NCBI GenBank assembly: GCA_028872915.1
Contig: JAGWNY010000008.1
Coordinates: forward strand, 2,165-66,164
DNA length: 64,000 bases
Source of the DNA: Verrucomicrobiota bacterium
GTDB taxonomy: Bacteria > Verrucomicrobiota > Verrucomicrobiia > Limisphaerales > UBA11358
Direction of reading: 5' to 3'
The notes under the pieces are model-generated. The model searched no databases, had not been told where the DNA came from, and saw only the letters and a list, made by a program, of their open reading frames with translations. This document shows, one piece after another, positions 7,626 to 22,826 of this stretch. Position numbers and translations under genes: made by a program. How positions within the stretch are numbered: position 1 is the first letter of the stretch; every line of letters starts with the position of its first letter.

Positions 7626-8681
7626 TCAGGGCACGGGCAATTCATCCAGGATTTTTTGGATGACGATTTCGCCGGTTTTTTCCTCGGCCTCGGCTTCGTA
7701 AGTGATGGCGACGCGATGGCGGAGGACGTCCATGGCGATGCTTTTGACATCCTGCGGCGTGACATAGCCGCGGCCCTTGAGGAAGGCGAAGGCCCTAGCG
7801 GCGAGGGCGAGGGCGATGGTGGCGCGGGGGGAGGCGCCCAACTGGATGAATTCGCCGACGGCGATTTTGTATTGGTCGGGATCGCGGGTGGCGCAGACGA
7901 GGTCCACGATGTAATCCTTGACTTTATCATCCACGTAGATGTCGTTGATGACTTCGCGGGCGCGGAGGATGTCGGCGGGGTCGACGACGGGCCGGGTGAC
8001 GGGGGCGCCGGAGGTGCGGGCCATCAATTCGAGGATTTTGCGTTCCTCGTCGCGGGCGGGGTAACCGATTTTCAATTTCAACATGAAGCGGTCCACCTGG
8101 GCTTCGGGGAGGGGGTAGGTGCCTTCCTGTTCGATGGGGTTTTGAGTGGCCAGGACGAGGAACGGCTCGTCCAATTTGAAGGTTTGTTCGCCGATGGTGA
8201 CCTGTTTTTCCTGCATGGCTTCGAGGAGGGCGCTTTGGACCTTGGCGGGGGCGCGGTTGATTTCGTCGGCGAGAATGAGATTGGCGAAGATGGGGCCGCG
8301 GCGGGTGGTGAAGCCGCCGGACTGGGGGTTGTAAATCTGGGTGCCGATGACATCGGCGGGGAGCATGTCGGGTGTGAATTGGAGGCGGGCGAATTTGACG
8401 TGGATGCAGGAGGCGAGGGATTTGACAGCGAGGGTTTTGGCGAGGCCGGGGACGCCTTCGAGGAGGACGTGGCCATTGGCGAGGAGGCCAATGACGAGGC
8501 GTTCGGTCAGATAATTCTGGCCGACGATGACTTTGCCGAGTTCGGTGAAAAGCGGGTGCGTAAAAGCGGCCGCCTGTTTGACAGCTTCGTTCAGTGAAGA
8601 AATGCCTGTATTCATCTGTAGATTGTTTTTTCCGACAAAAGATTTTGCGGTTTGTTCAACAAAAATTTTTCCGATTTCCAA
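7626..8681 (-). CDS. MoxR-family AAA+ ATPase
   Basis: HVLLEGVPGLAKT (Walker A), ILADEINRA (Walker B) and VLATQNPIEQEGTYPLPEAQVDRF. Confidence 0.95.
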   Translation of the reverse strand: MEIGKIFVEQTAKSFVGKNNLQMNTGISSLNEAVKQAAAFTHPLFTELGKVIVGQNYLTERLVIGLLANGHVLLEGVPGLAKTLAVKSLASCIHVKFARLQFTPDMLPADVIGTQIYNPQSGGFTTRRGPIFANLILADEINRAPAKVQSALLEAMQEKQVTIGEQTFKLDEPFLVLATQNPIEQEGTYPLPEAQVDRFMLKLKIGYPARDEERKILELMARTSGAPVTRPVVDPADILRAREVINDIYVDDKVKDYIVDLVCATRDPDQYKIAVGEFIQLGASPRATIALALAARAFAFLKGRGYVTPQDVKSIAMDVLRHRVAITYEAEAEEKTGEIVIQKILDELPVP

Positions 8682-8717
8682 ATTTTCCGAAAGACGTGGG
8701 CGCGAAGCGGGATGCCA

Positions 8718-9473
8718 TCACGCGCCCGGGACAATGGCGATCTGACCGGATGAGAGCCAGCCGAATTTTCCGGAGTCGTTGACCTGGACCCAATTGCCGC
8801 GGCGGTCCAGAACGGGGAATTCCGCGCCATCGCGCGCGGCAAACGTTTGCCGGGCATCAGCGAAGGGGCCGCTGCGCGCCACCGCGCGCGGCTGGACGAC
8901 GACGGCGATGGATTTGGAAAAATGCACGACGGCTTGCGCGGCGAGCGCCGAGCCGAAAAGGAGGGCGAGGAGAATGGAAAGTGCGGCGGCGGGACGAAGC
9001 GTCCGGCGGAGAGCGGGCCGGATTTGGGCGGCGGCAAACAAGAGGAACGCCAGCCAGAAGGCCGCGGCCGCCAGGCAGGTCCATTCATTAAGGGTCAACT
9101 GGCCCAGCCAATCCTCCCAGACGGGCGGGGCGGTATTGTCGCCGGCCTGCTTGCGGACAAAGTCGAGGTTGGCGCGGATGTCCGGGTCGCGGGGGGCGAG
9201 GCGTTCGGCGCGGAGAAAGGCGGCAATGGCTTTGCCATTATTGCCGAGCCTGAACTCGGCATTGCCGTCGTTGAAAAGGAGATTCGCGGAAACGCGGCCG
9301 GAAGCGAGAAGTTTTTGGTACAGGCCCGCCGCGTCGGCAAATTTCCCCCGGGCATAAAGGCGATTGGCGGTGGAAAAACCGGCGGCGAAATCGTCCGCGG
9401 CCATTGCGCTGCCGCGCGGGAAAAGCGCGACAAGAATTAAAAAGAGACTGGCGATGTTTCGATGGTTTTTCAC
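8718..9473 (-). CDS. BatE-like TPR plus SH3 domain protein
   Basis: Signal/TM segment, TPR repeats (YARGKFADAAGLYQKLL..., NDGNAEFRLGNNGKAIAAF), two TM helices, and a C-terminal bacterial SH3-like NWVQVNDSGKFGWLSSGQI. The GTG start at 9473 overlaps the batD stop. Confidence 0.7.
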   Translation of the reverse strand: MKNHRNIASLFLILVALFPRGSAMAADDFAAGFSTANRLYARGKFADAAGLYQKLLASGRVSANLLFNDGNAEFRLGNNGKAIAAFLRAERLAPRDPDIRANLDFVRKQAGDNTAPPVWEDWLGQLTLNEWTCLAAAAFWLAFLLFAAAQIRPALRRTLRPAAALSILLALLFGSALAAQAVVHFSKSIAVVVQPRAVARSGPFADARQTFAARDGAEFPVLDRRGNWVQVNDSGKFGWLSSGQIAIVPGA

Positions 9474-11257
9474 GAGGGCAATTCGCGCAATTGGCGGGCA
9501 ACGGTTTCGAATTTGGCGGCCACGGAATGAAGTTCGGCGACGCCGCGCACGGGGGCGTAACGGGCCTGGTTGCAAAGCTGGAACAACCCGCGCAATTCAT
9601 CGAGCAAGGCTTCGGGGGCGCCGCTTCGGGCCAGTTGGCCATCCACGGCTTCCTCGGTGACGGAGGCGGCGGGGCAATCGAGGCGTTCGCCCAAGGTCTC
9701 CTGCAACAAGCGAAACAGGGCGGCAAAAAACTGGTCGGGATTATTTTCGGCGGCGAGGCGCTTGAGATCGGCGATGCCGTTTTCGACAAGGGCCTGGACG
9801 CGAAGGCGGCGGCGGAGACGGGGATTATTGGCCAGGCTGTCGGCGCGCCTGCGCCAGAGGAGAGCGCCGAGAAAGGCGAGGACGGGCAATGACTGCGCGG
9901 CCAGGAAGAGGGGGCGGGAGAGGAGCGGCGGGCCGATTTGGGCAAGAACGCCGGGATTTTCCCTGATGGGCAGAATGTCCCCGGCGGTTTGGGACTTTTG
10001 GGACGGCTGGACGCCAGCCAGGGTTGGCGCGGGGGCGGCGCCGGCGGCATGAACGACGAGCGGAATGGGCGGCTGGGCGAGGACGTGATAGCGTCCATCG
10101 CCGGGATCAAAGAAGGAGAAGGAAAATTCGGGGAGGGCGCGGACATTCGGGTCCTGGGGCGTAACGATTTGTTCAAAGGTTTTTGTTCCCTGGAAGCCGA
10201 GTTGGCCGGTTGTTTCGGTCCTGGCGGTTGGGGCAAAGGTTTTGAAGCCGGTCCAGGCGGATGGAGCGGGAGGCTGGAGGGAGGCAATGGCGCCAGAGCC
10301 GGCAATTTGGAGATGGACGGTGACGGGGTCGCCAGCGGTGACATTGGTGGGGCCGGCGGTGACGGTCATGGTATAGCTGCCGACGGCGCCCGTGAAGCCG
10401 GCGGGGACATTATCGGCCGGCAGGGGCAAGGCATCGGCATGGGCCTGGCCGCTGGCGATGGAGATTTGCTCCTGGCGAACCGGCGCAAATGGATTCGCCA
10501 TGCCAAACTGCTGGAAAAAGGAATCCTGCTGCTGTCCGGGGGACGGGAGGACGAGGGTCAACGCGGCGGTGAAAGGACCGAGGGTGAGCGGGCCGGCCCT
10601 GTTGACGGTCAATCCGATGGCGGCTGGAAGGACGGTATAAACGCGGCTGCCAATCTGGGTGCGATATCGCGCCCCATAAACGCCCTTGCCAACGTTGAAT
10701 CCATCGGCAGTCATGGCGGAAAAATTCGGCTGCGAAAAGTTTTGGACGTCGTCACGCAGATAGATTTTCAATTGGGCGGCGAGGGTCTGGCCGACGTAAA
10801 TTTTTTGGGCGGGCAGGGCGAGGGTCATGAAGGCGATCTGGCTGCCGGACTGGATGGCCGAGGCGGTGGGGGCGTTTGGCTGGACGACGGTCAAGGAGAG
10901 AGGCTGGCTGGAGACTTGATGGCCGTCAATGTCCACGGTGAGCGCGGGGATGGCAAAGCTGCCAACTCGCCGGGGCGTTACGGAGTAAGTGATCGTGACC
11001 GACGAGGTCATCTCGCCGTTGATAAGAGAGAGGTTTTGTGATTCACCGGTGCGGGTGATGTCCAGGCCGGGGACGCCGGGGGTGGGAACATTGGCCGGCG
11101 AACCGCCTTCAAAAGAAAGCGAGAGCGTGGCGGTCTGGCCGAGGGAAATATTCGACTGATCGAGCGAGGCCGTGAAGGTGGCCGCGCGCGCCCAAGCCGC
11201 CAGCCACAAGACCATGATGGCCGCGGTCGAAACCAGTTTCAGCCGTTTTTTTCTCAA
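9470..11257 (-). CDS. batD: BatD-like (oxygen tolerance) protein
   Basis: Signal peptide, repeated Ig-like segments (FTASLDQSNISLGQTATLSLSFEG..., YSVTPRRVGSFAIPALTV) and a late TM helix, as in BatD. Confidence 0.8.
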   Translation of the reverse strand: MRKKRLKLVSTAAIMVLWLAAWARAATFTASLDQSNISLGQTATLSLSFEGGSPANVPTPGVPGLDITRTGESQNLSLINGEMTSSVTITYSVTPRRVGSFAIPALTVDIDGHQVSSQPLSLTVVQPNAPTASAIQSGSQIAFMTLALPAQKIYVGQTLAAQLKIYLRDDVQNFSQPNFSAMTADGFNVGKGVYGARYRTQIGSRVYTVLPAAIGLTVNRAGPLTLGPFTAALTLVLPSPGQQQDSFFQQFGMANPFAPVRQEQISIASGQAHADALPLPADNVPAGFTGAVGSYTMTVTAGPTNVTAGDPVTVHLQIAGSGAIASLQPPAPSAWTGFKTFAPTARTETTGQLGFQGTKTFEQIVTPQDPNVRALPEFSFSFFDPGDGRYHVLAQPPIPLVVHAAGAAPAPTLAGVQPSQKSQTAGDILPIRENPGVLAQIGPPLLSRPLFLAAQSLPVLAFLGALLWRRRADSLANNPRLRRRLRVQALVENGIADLKRLAAENNPDQFFAALFRLLQETLGERLDCPAASVTEEAVDGQLARSGAPEALLDELRGLFQLCNQARYAPVRGVAELHSVAAKFETVARQLRELPS

Positions 11258-11403
11258 GCGTGATTAAGAGATTCAATGTCAATTCCAACGCAATTCCATG
11301 CGCAATAACAGACATATTTGCGAAAAAAACGTTCAGAACGGGGGTCCGGGGAATGCCCGGAAGCGGTTTTACACGGCGACGGAAAATCGTATAATGACGG
11401 AGC

Positions 11404-12486
11404 GTGAAGTTGCAAAAGCGGCAAAGGGTTGTGTGCGGCATGAGCGGCGGGGTGGACTCGTCGGCGACGGCGGCGCTATTGTTGGAAGAGGGATGGGAGG
11501 TGATTGGGGTGACGCTGAAGCTGTGGCCGCAGGATTGCGTGAACCGGGCGGAGGACAAGTGCTGCGGGCCGCAAGCGGTGACGGACGCGCGGGCGGTTTG
11601 CCACAAGCTGGGGATTCCGTATTACCTGATTGATGAAGCGGCGGAGTTTCAAAGGCACGTGATCCAATACTTTGCGGATGAATACAAGGCCGGGCGCACG
11701 CCCAACCCATGCGTGATGTGCAACCAGAACCTGAAATTCGGCCGGTTGATTGATCGCGCGGCGCAGTTGGGGGCGGATTTCATTGCCACGGGACATTTTG
11801 CGCGCATCGAACACGGCGCCAATGGGCGATATTTGCTCAAGCGGGGACGGGACTTGAGGAAGGACCAGAGTTATTTTTTGTTTTCGTTGCGGCAGGATCA
11901 ACTGGCGCGGGCGCTGTTTCCGCTGGGCGAACGGACGAAGGATGGGGCGCGGGAAGTGGCGCGGCAATGCCGGCTGAAGACGGCGGAGAAGGAGGAAAGC
12001 ATGGAGATTTGTTTCGTGCCGGACAACGATTATGGCGGTTTCCTGCGGCAGGCGAACCTGGCGCAGGGCCGCCGCGGAGAGATCGTGGACACGGAGGGCC
12101 GCGTGCTGGGACACCATGAGGGGATCGAGTTTTACACGATTGGACAGCGGCGAGGGCTGGGGATCACGACTCCAAAGCCGGTTTATGTGGTGGAGCTGGA
12201 CGCGGAGCGGAACCGGGTGGTGGTGGGGGATGAGGCGGCCTTGGAGCGCGATGAATTGGTGGCGACCCATTGCAATTGGATTCCTTTCGACCGGCCGGTC
12301 GGGCCGATGCAGGTCATGGCAAAAATCCGTTACAATCATCCGGGCGCGGCGGCCACGGTGACGCCGGCGGGCGGCGGGACGGTGAAGGTAAAATTCGAGT
12401 CGGCGCAGCGGGCGATTGCTCCGGGCCAGGCGGCGGTGTTTTACGAGGATGACTGCGTGGTGGGAGGCGGTTGGATAGCGGGATAA
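11404..12486 (+). CDS. mnmA: tRNA 2-thiouridine(34) synthase MnmA
   Basis: [14 protein letters not shown]-loop, [18 protein letters not shown] and YFLF motifs. Confidence 0.95.
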   Translation: MKLQKRQRVVCGMSGGVDSSATAALLLEEGWEVIGVTLKLWPQDCVNRAEDKCCGPQAVTDARAVCHKLGIPYYLIDEAAEFQRHVIQYFADEYKAGRTPNPCVMCNQNLKFGRLIDRAAQLGADFIATGHFARIEHGANGRYLLKRGRDLRKDQSYFLFSLRQDQLARALFPLGERTKDGAREVARQCRLKTAEKEESMEICFVPDNDYGGFLRQANLAQGRRGEIVDTEGRVLGHHEGIEFYTIGQRRGLGITTPKPVYVVELDAERNRVVVGDEAALERDELVATHCNWIPFDRPVGPMQVMAKIRYNHPGAAATVTPAGGGTVKVKFESAQRAIAPGQAAVFYEDDCVVGGGWIAG

Positions 12487-12541
12487 AGCTGTTTCTGAAT
12501 TGATTCTTGCCAATGGGGGCGTTTCTTCGCTTCATTTTGGC

Positions 12542-13036
12542 ATGAGCGAATCTTCCAAGCCGGTGGCGGGCATTTTGATGGGGAGCGATTCGGATTGGCC
12601 GACGATGAAGGCGGCCGCCGAGGCGCTGAAAGAATTCGGGATTGCGAGCGAGGCGCGGGTGATTTCGGCGCATCGGGACCCGCGCGGGCTGGAGGAATAC
12701 GTTGGCAGCGCGGCGCGACGCGGGCTGCGGTGCATCATTGCCGGGGCGGGGGGCGCGGCGCATCTGCCGGGTGTGGCGGCGGCGTTGACGTGGCTGCCCG
12801 TGATAGGCGTGCCGATTGAAAGCAAATCGCTGAAGGGACTGGATTCGTTGCTGTCCATCGTGCAGATGCCGCCGGGCGTGCCTGTGGCGACGGTGGGGAT
12901 AGGGGCGGCGCGCAACGCGGGGATTTTGGCGGCGCAGATTCTGTCGGCGGGCGAGCCGCGGCTTGAAAAGGCGTTGAAGGAGTTCAAGGAACGGCTCGCC
13001 ATGGAGTCCCGCGCGAAGAATAAAAACCTGAAGTAA
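12542..13036 (+). CDS. purE: 5-(carboxyamino)imidazole ribonucleotide mutase PurE
   Basis: [12 protein letters not shown]...VISAHRDP...[25 protein letters not shown]. Confidence 0.95.
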   Translation: MSESSKPVAGILMGSDSDWPTMKAAAEALKEFGIASEARVISAHRDPRGLEEYVGSAARRGLRCIIAGAGGAAHLPGVAAALTWLPVIGVPIESKSLKGLDSLLSIVQMPPGVPVATVGIGAARNAGILAAQILSAGEPRLEKALKEFKERLAMESRAKNKNLK

Positions 13037-13161
13037 GGACCGCGCCGGATGGCGCCGGAGGACCGGGACGTTGCCGGGGGGGCGGGTGATCGGCCAAAAA
13101 AGGCCGAAACCTTCCCAAGAAACGTTGAGTCCGGCAAGCGCGGCAACGGTAACTTGAACTG

Positions 13162-15018
13162 ATGAATGAAGCCGCCCTGCCCTGGGAATCCGCCGCGGAC
13201 GCCCTGTCGCGCCTGCGGAACGGAATGCGAATACTTATCGGGTCCGGTTGCGCGGCGCCACAGGCGCTGGTGGAGGCGCTGGCGGCGCGGGCGGAGGACG
13301 TGTACGACGTGGAGATTTTGCACATTCTCACGCACGGCCCGGCGCCGTACGCGCACAAGGGCCTTTTGGAGCATTTCCGCCAAAACTCATTTTTTATCGG
13401 CCCCAACGTGCGGAGCGCGGTGAACGAATGCGTTGCGGATTACACGCCGCTTTTTCTGTCGGAAATTCCGCGGCTGTTCCGGGAGAAACGGTTGCATCTG
13501 GACGTGGCGCTGGTGCAGGTCAGTCCGCCGGACGCGCATGGTTTTTGCAGCTTTGGAGTCTCGGTGGACGTGGTGAAGGCGGCGGTGGAATCGGCGGATT
13601 GCGTGATCGCGGAGGTCAACCCGAACATGCCGCGGACGCTGGGTGACAGTTTCGTACACGCGAGCGCGCTGGACGCGATGGTTCGGAGCGAGCGGCCGTT
13701 GCTGGAATTTCCGATGGAGCCGATCACAGCGGAGGCGGAGCAGATAGCGGCGTTCATTGAAACGCTGGTGCCTGACGGCGCCACGCTCCAGACGGGCATC
13801 GGCAACATACCGAGCGCGGTGCTCGCGGCATTGGCGCATAAACGCAACCTGGGCGTACACACGGAAATGGTGACCGAAGCGGTGACGCCGCTGATCGAAT
13901 CGGGCGTGCTGAACGGAAGCCGCAAGACGCTGCTGCCGCGAAAGATCGTGACGAGTTTTTGCTTCGGCAACCGCAAATTTTACGATTACATCCACGACAA
14001 CCCCGCGTTTGAATTCCGGCCGACGGAATTTACGAACGATCCGTTTCAAATTGCGCGCAACCGGAACATGATTGCGATCAGTTCGGCGATTGAAGTGGAT
14101 TTGACGGGACAGATTTGCGCGGATTCGATCGGCGGCAAATTTTACAGCGGGTTCGGCGGGCAGGTGGATTTTGTGCGGGGCGCGGCGCGGGCGGAGGGGG
14201 GCAAGCCGATCATCGCGCTGCCTTCCACGACGCGGGAGGGAAAAATTTCGCGGATCGTGCCGTGGCTAAAAACGGGCGCGGGCGTGGTCACGACGCGGGG
14301 GGACGTTCATTACGTGGTGACGGAATACGGCATAGCCTATTTGCACGGCAAGACGGTGCGGGAACGGGCGCTGGCGCTGATACATATCGCGCATCCGAAG
14401 TTCCGCGATGACCTGATGCGGCAGGCGCGGGAAGCGCGGCTGGTGCATCCGAACCAGATCGCGCTGCCGGCGGGGTTGCTGCCCTATCCCAGGAAGTTCG
14501 AGGTGGACAGGGGATTTGCGGGCGATCTGAAGGTGCATTTCCGTCCAATCCAACCGATGGACGAGGGGATGCTGAAGGAATTGTTTTATTCGCACACGCC
14601 GGCGACGATTTATCAGCGATATTTTTCGCAATTGAAGTATCTGCCGCATGAAACGCTACAGCGGCTGGTGACGCTGGATTATCACGACGCGATGGCGATC
14701 GTGGGAGAGATTCCATGGGAAGGACGGCAACGACTGATCGCGGTGGGGCGGTATTACCGCAATCCGGCGACGCAATGGGCGGAGGTGGCGGTGGTGGTGC
14801 AGGAAGATTTTCAACGGCGTGGAATCGCGGCGTTTCTGCTGCGGCACCTGGCAACGGTGGCATCGGAGCAAGGCATCCAGGGGTTCGTGGCAAACGTGCT
14901 GCCGGACAACGCGGCCATGCTGGATACATTCCGGAAAATCGCGGCGCCGATCCAGATAGACTTTCAGCCGGGGGCGGCCACGGTGCGGTTTGAACTGAAG
15001 GCGGTCCGGCGGGACTGA
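13162..15018 (+). CDS. Acetyl-CoA hydrolase/transferase family protein fused to a C-terminal GNAT acetyltransferase domain
   Basis: The N-terminal ~430 aa match the acetyl-CoA hydrolase/transferase pattern ([18 protein letters not shown]). The C-terminal ~170 aa contain a GNAT motif ([13 protein letters not shown]). Confidence 0.8.
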   Translation: MNEAALPWESAADALSRLRNGMRILIGSGCAAPQALVEALAARAEDVYDVEILHILTHGPAPYAHKGLLEHFRQNSFFIGPNVRSAVNECVADYTPLFLSEIPRLFREKRLHLDVALVQVSPPDAHGFCSFGVSVDVVKAAVESADCVIAEVNPNMPRTLGDSFVHASALDAMVRSERPLLEFPMEPITAEAEQIAAFIETLVPDGATLQTGIGNIPSAVLAALAHKRNLGVHTEMVTEAVTPLIESGVLNGSRKTLLPRKIVTSFCFGNRKFYDYIHDNPAFEFRPTEFTNDPFQIARNRNMIAISSAIEVDLTGQICADSIGGKFYSGFGGQVDFVRGAARAEGGKPIIALPSTTREGKISRIVPWLKTGAGVVTTRGDVHYVVTEYGIAYLHGKTVRERALALIHIAHPKFRDDLMRQAREARLVHPNQIALPAGLLPYPRKFEVDRGFAGDLKVHFRPIQPMDEGMLKELFYSHTPATIYQRYFSQLKYLPHETLQRLVTLDYHDAMAIVGEIPWEGRQRLIAVGRYYRNPATQWAEVAVVVQEDFQRRGIAAFLLRHLATVASEQGIQGFVANVLPDNAAMLDTFRKIAAPIQIDFQPGAATVRFELKAVRRD

Positions 15019-15083
15019 AATCAATTCTCCCACGGCATTCATTTTGGACACGCGGCGCCTGGTTTGATACGCTCGCGCGGGTT

Positions 15084-16862
15084 ATGGAACCGGAAAATAA
15101 AGAGGCGCCGTCGGATTTCATCCGCGACATCGTGGCGGGGGACGTTGCCGAAAAAAAATACGCGCATATCCACACGCGGTTTCCGCCGGAGCCGAACGGT
15201 TACCTGCACATCGGACACGCGAAGAGCATCTGCCTGAATTTTGGCATCGCGCGGGAGTTTGGCGGCATCTGCAACCTGCGCATGGACGACACGAATCCGG
15301 CGAAGGAGGACGTGGAATACGTGGATTCGATCCGGGAGGATGTGAATTGGCTCATTGGCGGATGGGCGGAGGGCCAGTTGGGCTTGAAGGAGAAAGGCAA
15401 AACACCGGAAACGATGGCGTCCAACGGCAGCCGGGATTTTTATCTTCCAGCGGTTGCGGAAAGAGCAAGGGGGGCGGCGCTGGAGCCATTTTATGCGTCG
15501 GATTATTTCGACCAGCTTTACGATTACGCGGAGCAACTGATTGAAAGGGGGCGGGCGTTCGTGTGCGATTTGCCGCCGGAGGAGACGGATGAATACCGGC
15601 GCCAGGCGAAGGAAAGTCCGTGGCGCAATCGGAGCGCGGAGGAGAACCTGGATTTGTTCCGGCGGATGAAGGCGGGAGAATTTCCGGACGGCAAACGGTC
15701 GTTGCGGGCGAAAATTGACGTGGCCTCGCCGAACGTCTGGATGCGGGACCCGCTGCTGTATCGCATCCGCCACGCGGAACATCATCACACGGGCAATCGT
15801 TGGCGGATATATCCAATGTATGATTTTGCGCATTGCCTGAGCGATTACATTGAAGGCATCACGCACAGCATTTGCACGCTGGAATTCGAGGTGCATCGTC
15901 CGCTCTACGACTGGATTTTGGAATCGCTGAGCCTGCCGCGCCGCCTGCCGAGGCAGTATGAATTTGCGCGCCTGAGCGTCAGTTACACGGTCATGAGCAA
16001 GCGCAAATTGCTGCAACTTGTCGAGGAAGGAGTGGTGGCGGGGTGGGACGATCCGCGGATGCCGACGATTTCGGGCATCCGGCGGCGCGGAGTGCCGGCG
16101 GAAGCGTTGCGGGCGTTTGCTTATAACATCGGCATCACGAAATACAACGGCCTGACGGACGTGGCCGTCCTGGAACATGCCGTGCGGGAAGATTTGAACA
16201 AGCGGGCGCTGCGCCGCCTGGCGGTGTTGCGTCCGGTCAAAGTGGTCCTCACGAATTTTCCGGCGGGAAAGGTGGAGGAAGTGGAAGCGGTCAACAATCC
16301 GGAGGAGCCGGGCGCCGGCACGCGCAAAGTTCCGTTCAGCCGTGAATTGTTCATCGAGCGGGACGATTTCATGGAGGCGGCGCCGCCGAAATTTTTCAGG
16401 CTCAAGCCCGGCGGCGACGCGCGGTTAAAATACGCGTATATCATCCGGTGCGATGAAGTGATCAAAGGAGCGGACGGGGGCATCGTGGAATTGCGATGCA
16501 CCGCCGACCTGGACAGCAGGACGGGCGGCGCGACGGCGAACCGAAAGATCAAAGGAACCATTCATTGGGTGAGCGCGGCACACGCCATTGACGCCGAGGT
16601 GCGCCTCTATGACCGGCTGTTTACGGAGGCTGAGCCGGACAAGGACGGAAGGGATTTCAAGTCCGTCCTCAATCCAGACTCGCTGCAAGTGGTGACGGCA
16701 AAATGCGAACCGGCTTTAAAGGAAGCGCGACCGGAATTGCGTTATCAATTTGAGCGGCTGGGGTACTTCGCGCCGGACAAGGACAGCGGAGAAAAGTTGA
16801 TTTTCAACCGGACCATTACGATGAGGGACGCGTGGGCGAAGGAATGGCAAAAGAAAGGCTGA
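15084..16862 (+). CDS. glnS: Glutamine--tRNA ligase
   Basis: [18 protein letters not shown] (HIGH) and VMSKRKL (KMSKS). Full-length GlnRS architecture. Confidence 0.95.
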   Translation: MEPENKEAPSDFIRDIVAGDVAEKKYAHIHTRFPPEPNGYLHIGHAKSICLNFGIAREFGGICNLRMDDTNPAKEDVEYVDSIREDVNWLIGGWAEGQLGLKEKGKTPETMASNGSRDFYLPAVAERARGAALEPFYASDYFDQLYDYAEQLIERGRAFVCDLPPEETDEYRRQAKESPWRNRSAEENLDLFRRMKAGEFPDGKRSLRAKIDVASPNVWMRDPLLYRIRHAEHHHTGNRWRIYPMYDFAHCLSDYIEGITHSICTLEFEVHRPLYDWILESLSLPRRLPRQYEFARLSVSYTVMSKRKLLQLVEEGVVAGWDDPRMPTISGIRRRGVPAEALRAFAYNIGITKYNGLTDVAVLEHAVREDLNKRALRRLAVLRPVKVVLTNFPAGKVEEVEAVNNPEEPGAGTRKVPFSRELFIERDDFMEAAPPKFFRLKPGGDARLKYAYIIRCDEVIKGADGGIVELRCTADLDSRTGGATANRKIKGTIHWVSAAHAIDAEVRLYDRLFTEAEPDKDGRDFKSVLNPDSLQVVTAKCEPALKEARPELRYQFERLGYFAPDKDSGEKLIFNRTITMRDAWAKEWQKKG

Positions 16863-16891
16863 AGGCGAAAGCCAAAGGCTGAATTTTTCTT

Positions 16892-17929
16892 TCATGCTTC
16901 AGCTTTGATTGTCCGACTGCATAAATCCGCGAGGCAGGCAAAGACTTGCTCCGGGGAAATGGCCGCCAGGCAATGATTGGCGCCGTGGCAGACGGAAGCG
17001 CTGGCGCCGCATGAACAAGTCTTGACCTCCAGCGCTTTGTGGCGATTGCCAATGGGCGCCCAACGCGCCGCGGAACTGGGGCCGAACAGGGAAATCGTCG
17101 GCACGCCGAGTCCGGCTGCAAAATGGAGCGGGCCGGTGTCGCCGGAAATGAAAGCCGACGCGCGCGCCAGGAGCGCCAGGAACAGGGGCAATCGGGGGAT
17201 GGGCGGCAGGATGATGGCGACCGACGCCAGTTTTTTCAGGTCGGTCATTTGTGACACCCCGCGTTGTCCCAAGGCGGTGGTAAACGCGACGTTCATTCCG
17301 GCGCCGGCGGCCAACTGCTGAAATTTTGCCCAATGAGAAAGAGGCCACTCCCTGTTCGGCTGGCTGGATGCCGCGTGGCAGATCACCGCGCGCTCCATGC
17401 CAAGGACATTTTTTGCGGCATCACCCAGCGCCGGGTCGGCCCGGATTTCGAGTTCGAGGGAATCGGGCGGCGGCACGTTCCAGGCGGACAGGAGGGCCGC
17501 CAGGCGCGCGGGTTCGTAGAGAACGCCGCCTGGGGGCGGCACACGCTCCGTATAGCAAAAACGCCGCCCAAAAAATCCGCCCGCCTCGTCCCAACCCAGC
17601 CGCCGGCGCGCCCCGATCATGCGGCTTACAATGGCGCCGCGATCGTTCGAGGCAAAATCCACTGAACCATCAAAACGCTCGCGGCGCAGGGCGCGAATGA
17701 TCGGCCAATTCTCCCGCAAGGTCGCCCGCCCGCGACGCCGCCGCATGGGCCAGACGCGATGGAACCAGGGCAGATGCTGAAAAATGGGGGAGATTTCCTC
17801 CGGAACAAGGATGTCCAACGCGGCACCGGGGAAATGCTCGTGAATGGCACGGAGGGCGGGCGTGAGCAGGACGGCATCGCCGAAGTATTTGAATTGAACG
17901 GCGAGAATTTTTTCAGGCGGCGCGTTCAC
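16892..17929 (-). CDS. Glycosyltransferase family 9 (LPS heptosyltransferase-like)
   Basis: ILAVQFKYFGDAVLLTPALRAI N-terminus and C-terminal FISGDTGPLHFAAGLGVPTISLFGPS. Confidence 0.85.
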   Translation of the reverse strand: MNAPPEKILAVQFKYFGDAVLLTPALRAIHEHFPGAALDILVPEEISPIFQHLPWFHRVWPMRRRRGRATLRENWPIIRALRRERFDGSVDFASNDRGAIVSRMIGARRRLGWDEAGGFFGRRFCYTERVPPPGGVLYEPARLAALLSAWNVPPPDSLELEIRADPALGDAAKNVLGMERAVICHAASSQPNREWPLSHWAKFQQLAAGAGMNVAFTTALGQRGVSQMTDLKKLASVAIILPPIPRLPLFLALLARASAFISGDTGPLHFAAGLGVPTISLFGPSSAARWAPIGNRHKALEVKTCSCGASASVCHGANHCLAAISPEQVFACLADLCSRTIKAEA

Positions 17930-17952
17930 GGTGACGGTCCGGCAATGGCGGA

Positions 17953-19827
<1,875 letters not shown>

Positions 19828-20030
19828 GCCGGATCAGGGTATTGCGGCGTTCAGGGAGTTCCATGGTTGCGGCTTGGATAAGGGCGCTGCACGGCAAAAG
19901 TTTAAAAGTTTTTTGAATTCAGGCGAACATAAAATTTGCCGTTGGCTCCGTTTAGAGCGGTAAAGGAATAACGAGTGGCGCGGTTGGGAAGAAGGGAGCA
20001 GCGGTTTTTTGGGCAAGACTTTGCGAACGG

Positions 20031-20064
20031 AAAAAAGCGAGGCCGGAATTGCTTCCGGCCTCGC
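20031..20064 (-). terminator. Rho-independent terminator downstream of groEL
   Basis: Minus strand reads GCGAGGCCGGAA-GCAA-TTCCGGCCTCGC followed by TTTTTT, 28 nt after the groEL stop. Confidence 0.85.
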
Positions 20065-20091
20065 GTGATTCGAGTTGCTCCGATCGGTTCC

Positions 20092-21747
<1,656 letters not shown>

Positions 21748-21767
21748 TCAGTTTGGGTTAAATGGGA

Positions 21768-22061
21768 TCAGTCAAGCACGGCCAGGATGTCGTCCGAGGA
21801 AAGGATTTTGTATTCCTTGCCGTCAATTTTGATTTCCGTGCCGCCGTATTTGGAGACCAGCACGCGGTCGCCAACCTTCACTTCGAACGGAATCTTTTTG
21901 CCGTCCTCGTTGGTCTTGCCGGTGCCGAGGGCGCGAATGATCCCCTCCTGCGGTTTTTCCTTGGCGGTATCGGGAATGATGATGCCGCCCTTTTTGAGCT
22001 CTTTTTCTTCGACCGGCTCGACCAGGATACGGTCGCCGATCGGTTTAACGTTTAGTGCCAT
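21768..22061 (-). CDS. groS: Co-chaperonin GroES
   Basis: [19 protein letters not shown]...[16 protein letters not shown]. Confidence 0.98.
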   Translation of the reverse strand: MALNVKPIGDRILVEPVEEKELKKGGIIIPDTAKEKPQEGIIRALGTGKTNEDGKKIPFEVKVGDRVLVSKYGGTEIKIDGKEYKILSSDDILAVLD

Positions 22062-22139
22062 AGTTTGTTTTTCCAGTTGTTGTTTTTTTTGTTTTTCGGA
22101 ATCATCTCCCTGTCCGCACTCGCGGCAGGGATAAATCTT

Positions 22140-22826
22140 TCAACGCTTCTCCGCCGGAACCAATCCGCCCGGCAACGGTTCAAATTGCGGCAGCGCCTCG
22201 CCGATTGTCGAATTGACTTCCTTCATCAATCGCTTCTTCACCGCTTCGGGCAGCGACGGCAAATCGCCGTCGTCGAAATAACCCAGCGCCCGCAGTGAAA
22301 TGTGCGAATTAAACTCGCCGTTGAACACGGCATAAGCCGCGCCCAACCCATTCTTCAAACCCACGCCCTGCCGTAACAATTCGTCAATATCCAAAAAATC
22401 CTTCATCTGGCCGCGCATCCAGATCGTCCGCAATTTCGTCGCCAGCAAATCCAGCGGCGACGCCACCCGCAACACCTTGTCGTCAGTCTCCAAGGGGTCA
22501 CCCACCCGGCGATGCGACAGTCCGCCGAGAAATTGAATTCTTATTGCCTCGCCGCGCACCACTTCGACTTCGAGCGTGTTCGTCGCGGCTTGCAGCGGCT
22601 TGCCGCCGCGCAGAAACCCAAGCGACCGCATCAACTCATCCGGATTCACCGGTTCGGAGGTGAAAAAATCAAAATCAGCCGATGCCCGGTGTCCGTAATG
22701 CAACGCGACCGCCGTGCCGCCATACAGCACAAAATGTTTCGGCACCCGCGCCATTTCCGGCCACAGCTTCCGTTGCGGCGCGGGCAGCGATTCGAGCTTC
22801 GGCGCGAAGCTCATGTCAAAGACCAA
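22140..22826 (-). CDS. Nucleotidyltransferase AbiEii/AbiGii toxin-family protein
   Basis: HFVLYGGTAVALHYGHRASADFDFF is the minimal nucleotidyltransferase motif (GG...D.D) in the AbiEii family context. 228 aa. Confidence 0.7.
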   Translation of the reverse strand: MVFDMSFAPKLESLPAPQRKLWPEMARVPKHFVLYGGTAVALHYGHRASADFDFFTSEPVNPDELMRSLGFLRGGKPLQAATNTLEVEVVRGEAIRIQFLGGLSHRRVGDPLETDDKVLRVASPLDLLATKLRTIWMRGQMKDFLDIDELLRQGVGLKNGLGAAYAVFNGEFNSHISLRALGYFDDGDLPSLPEAVKKRLMKEVNSTIGEALPQFEPLPGGLVPAEKR

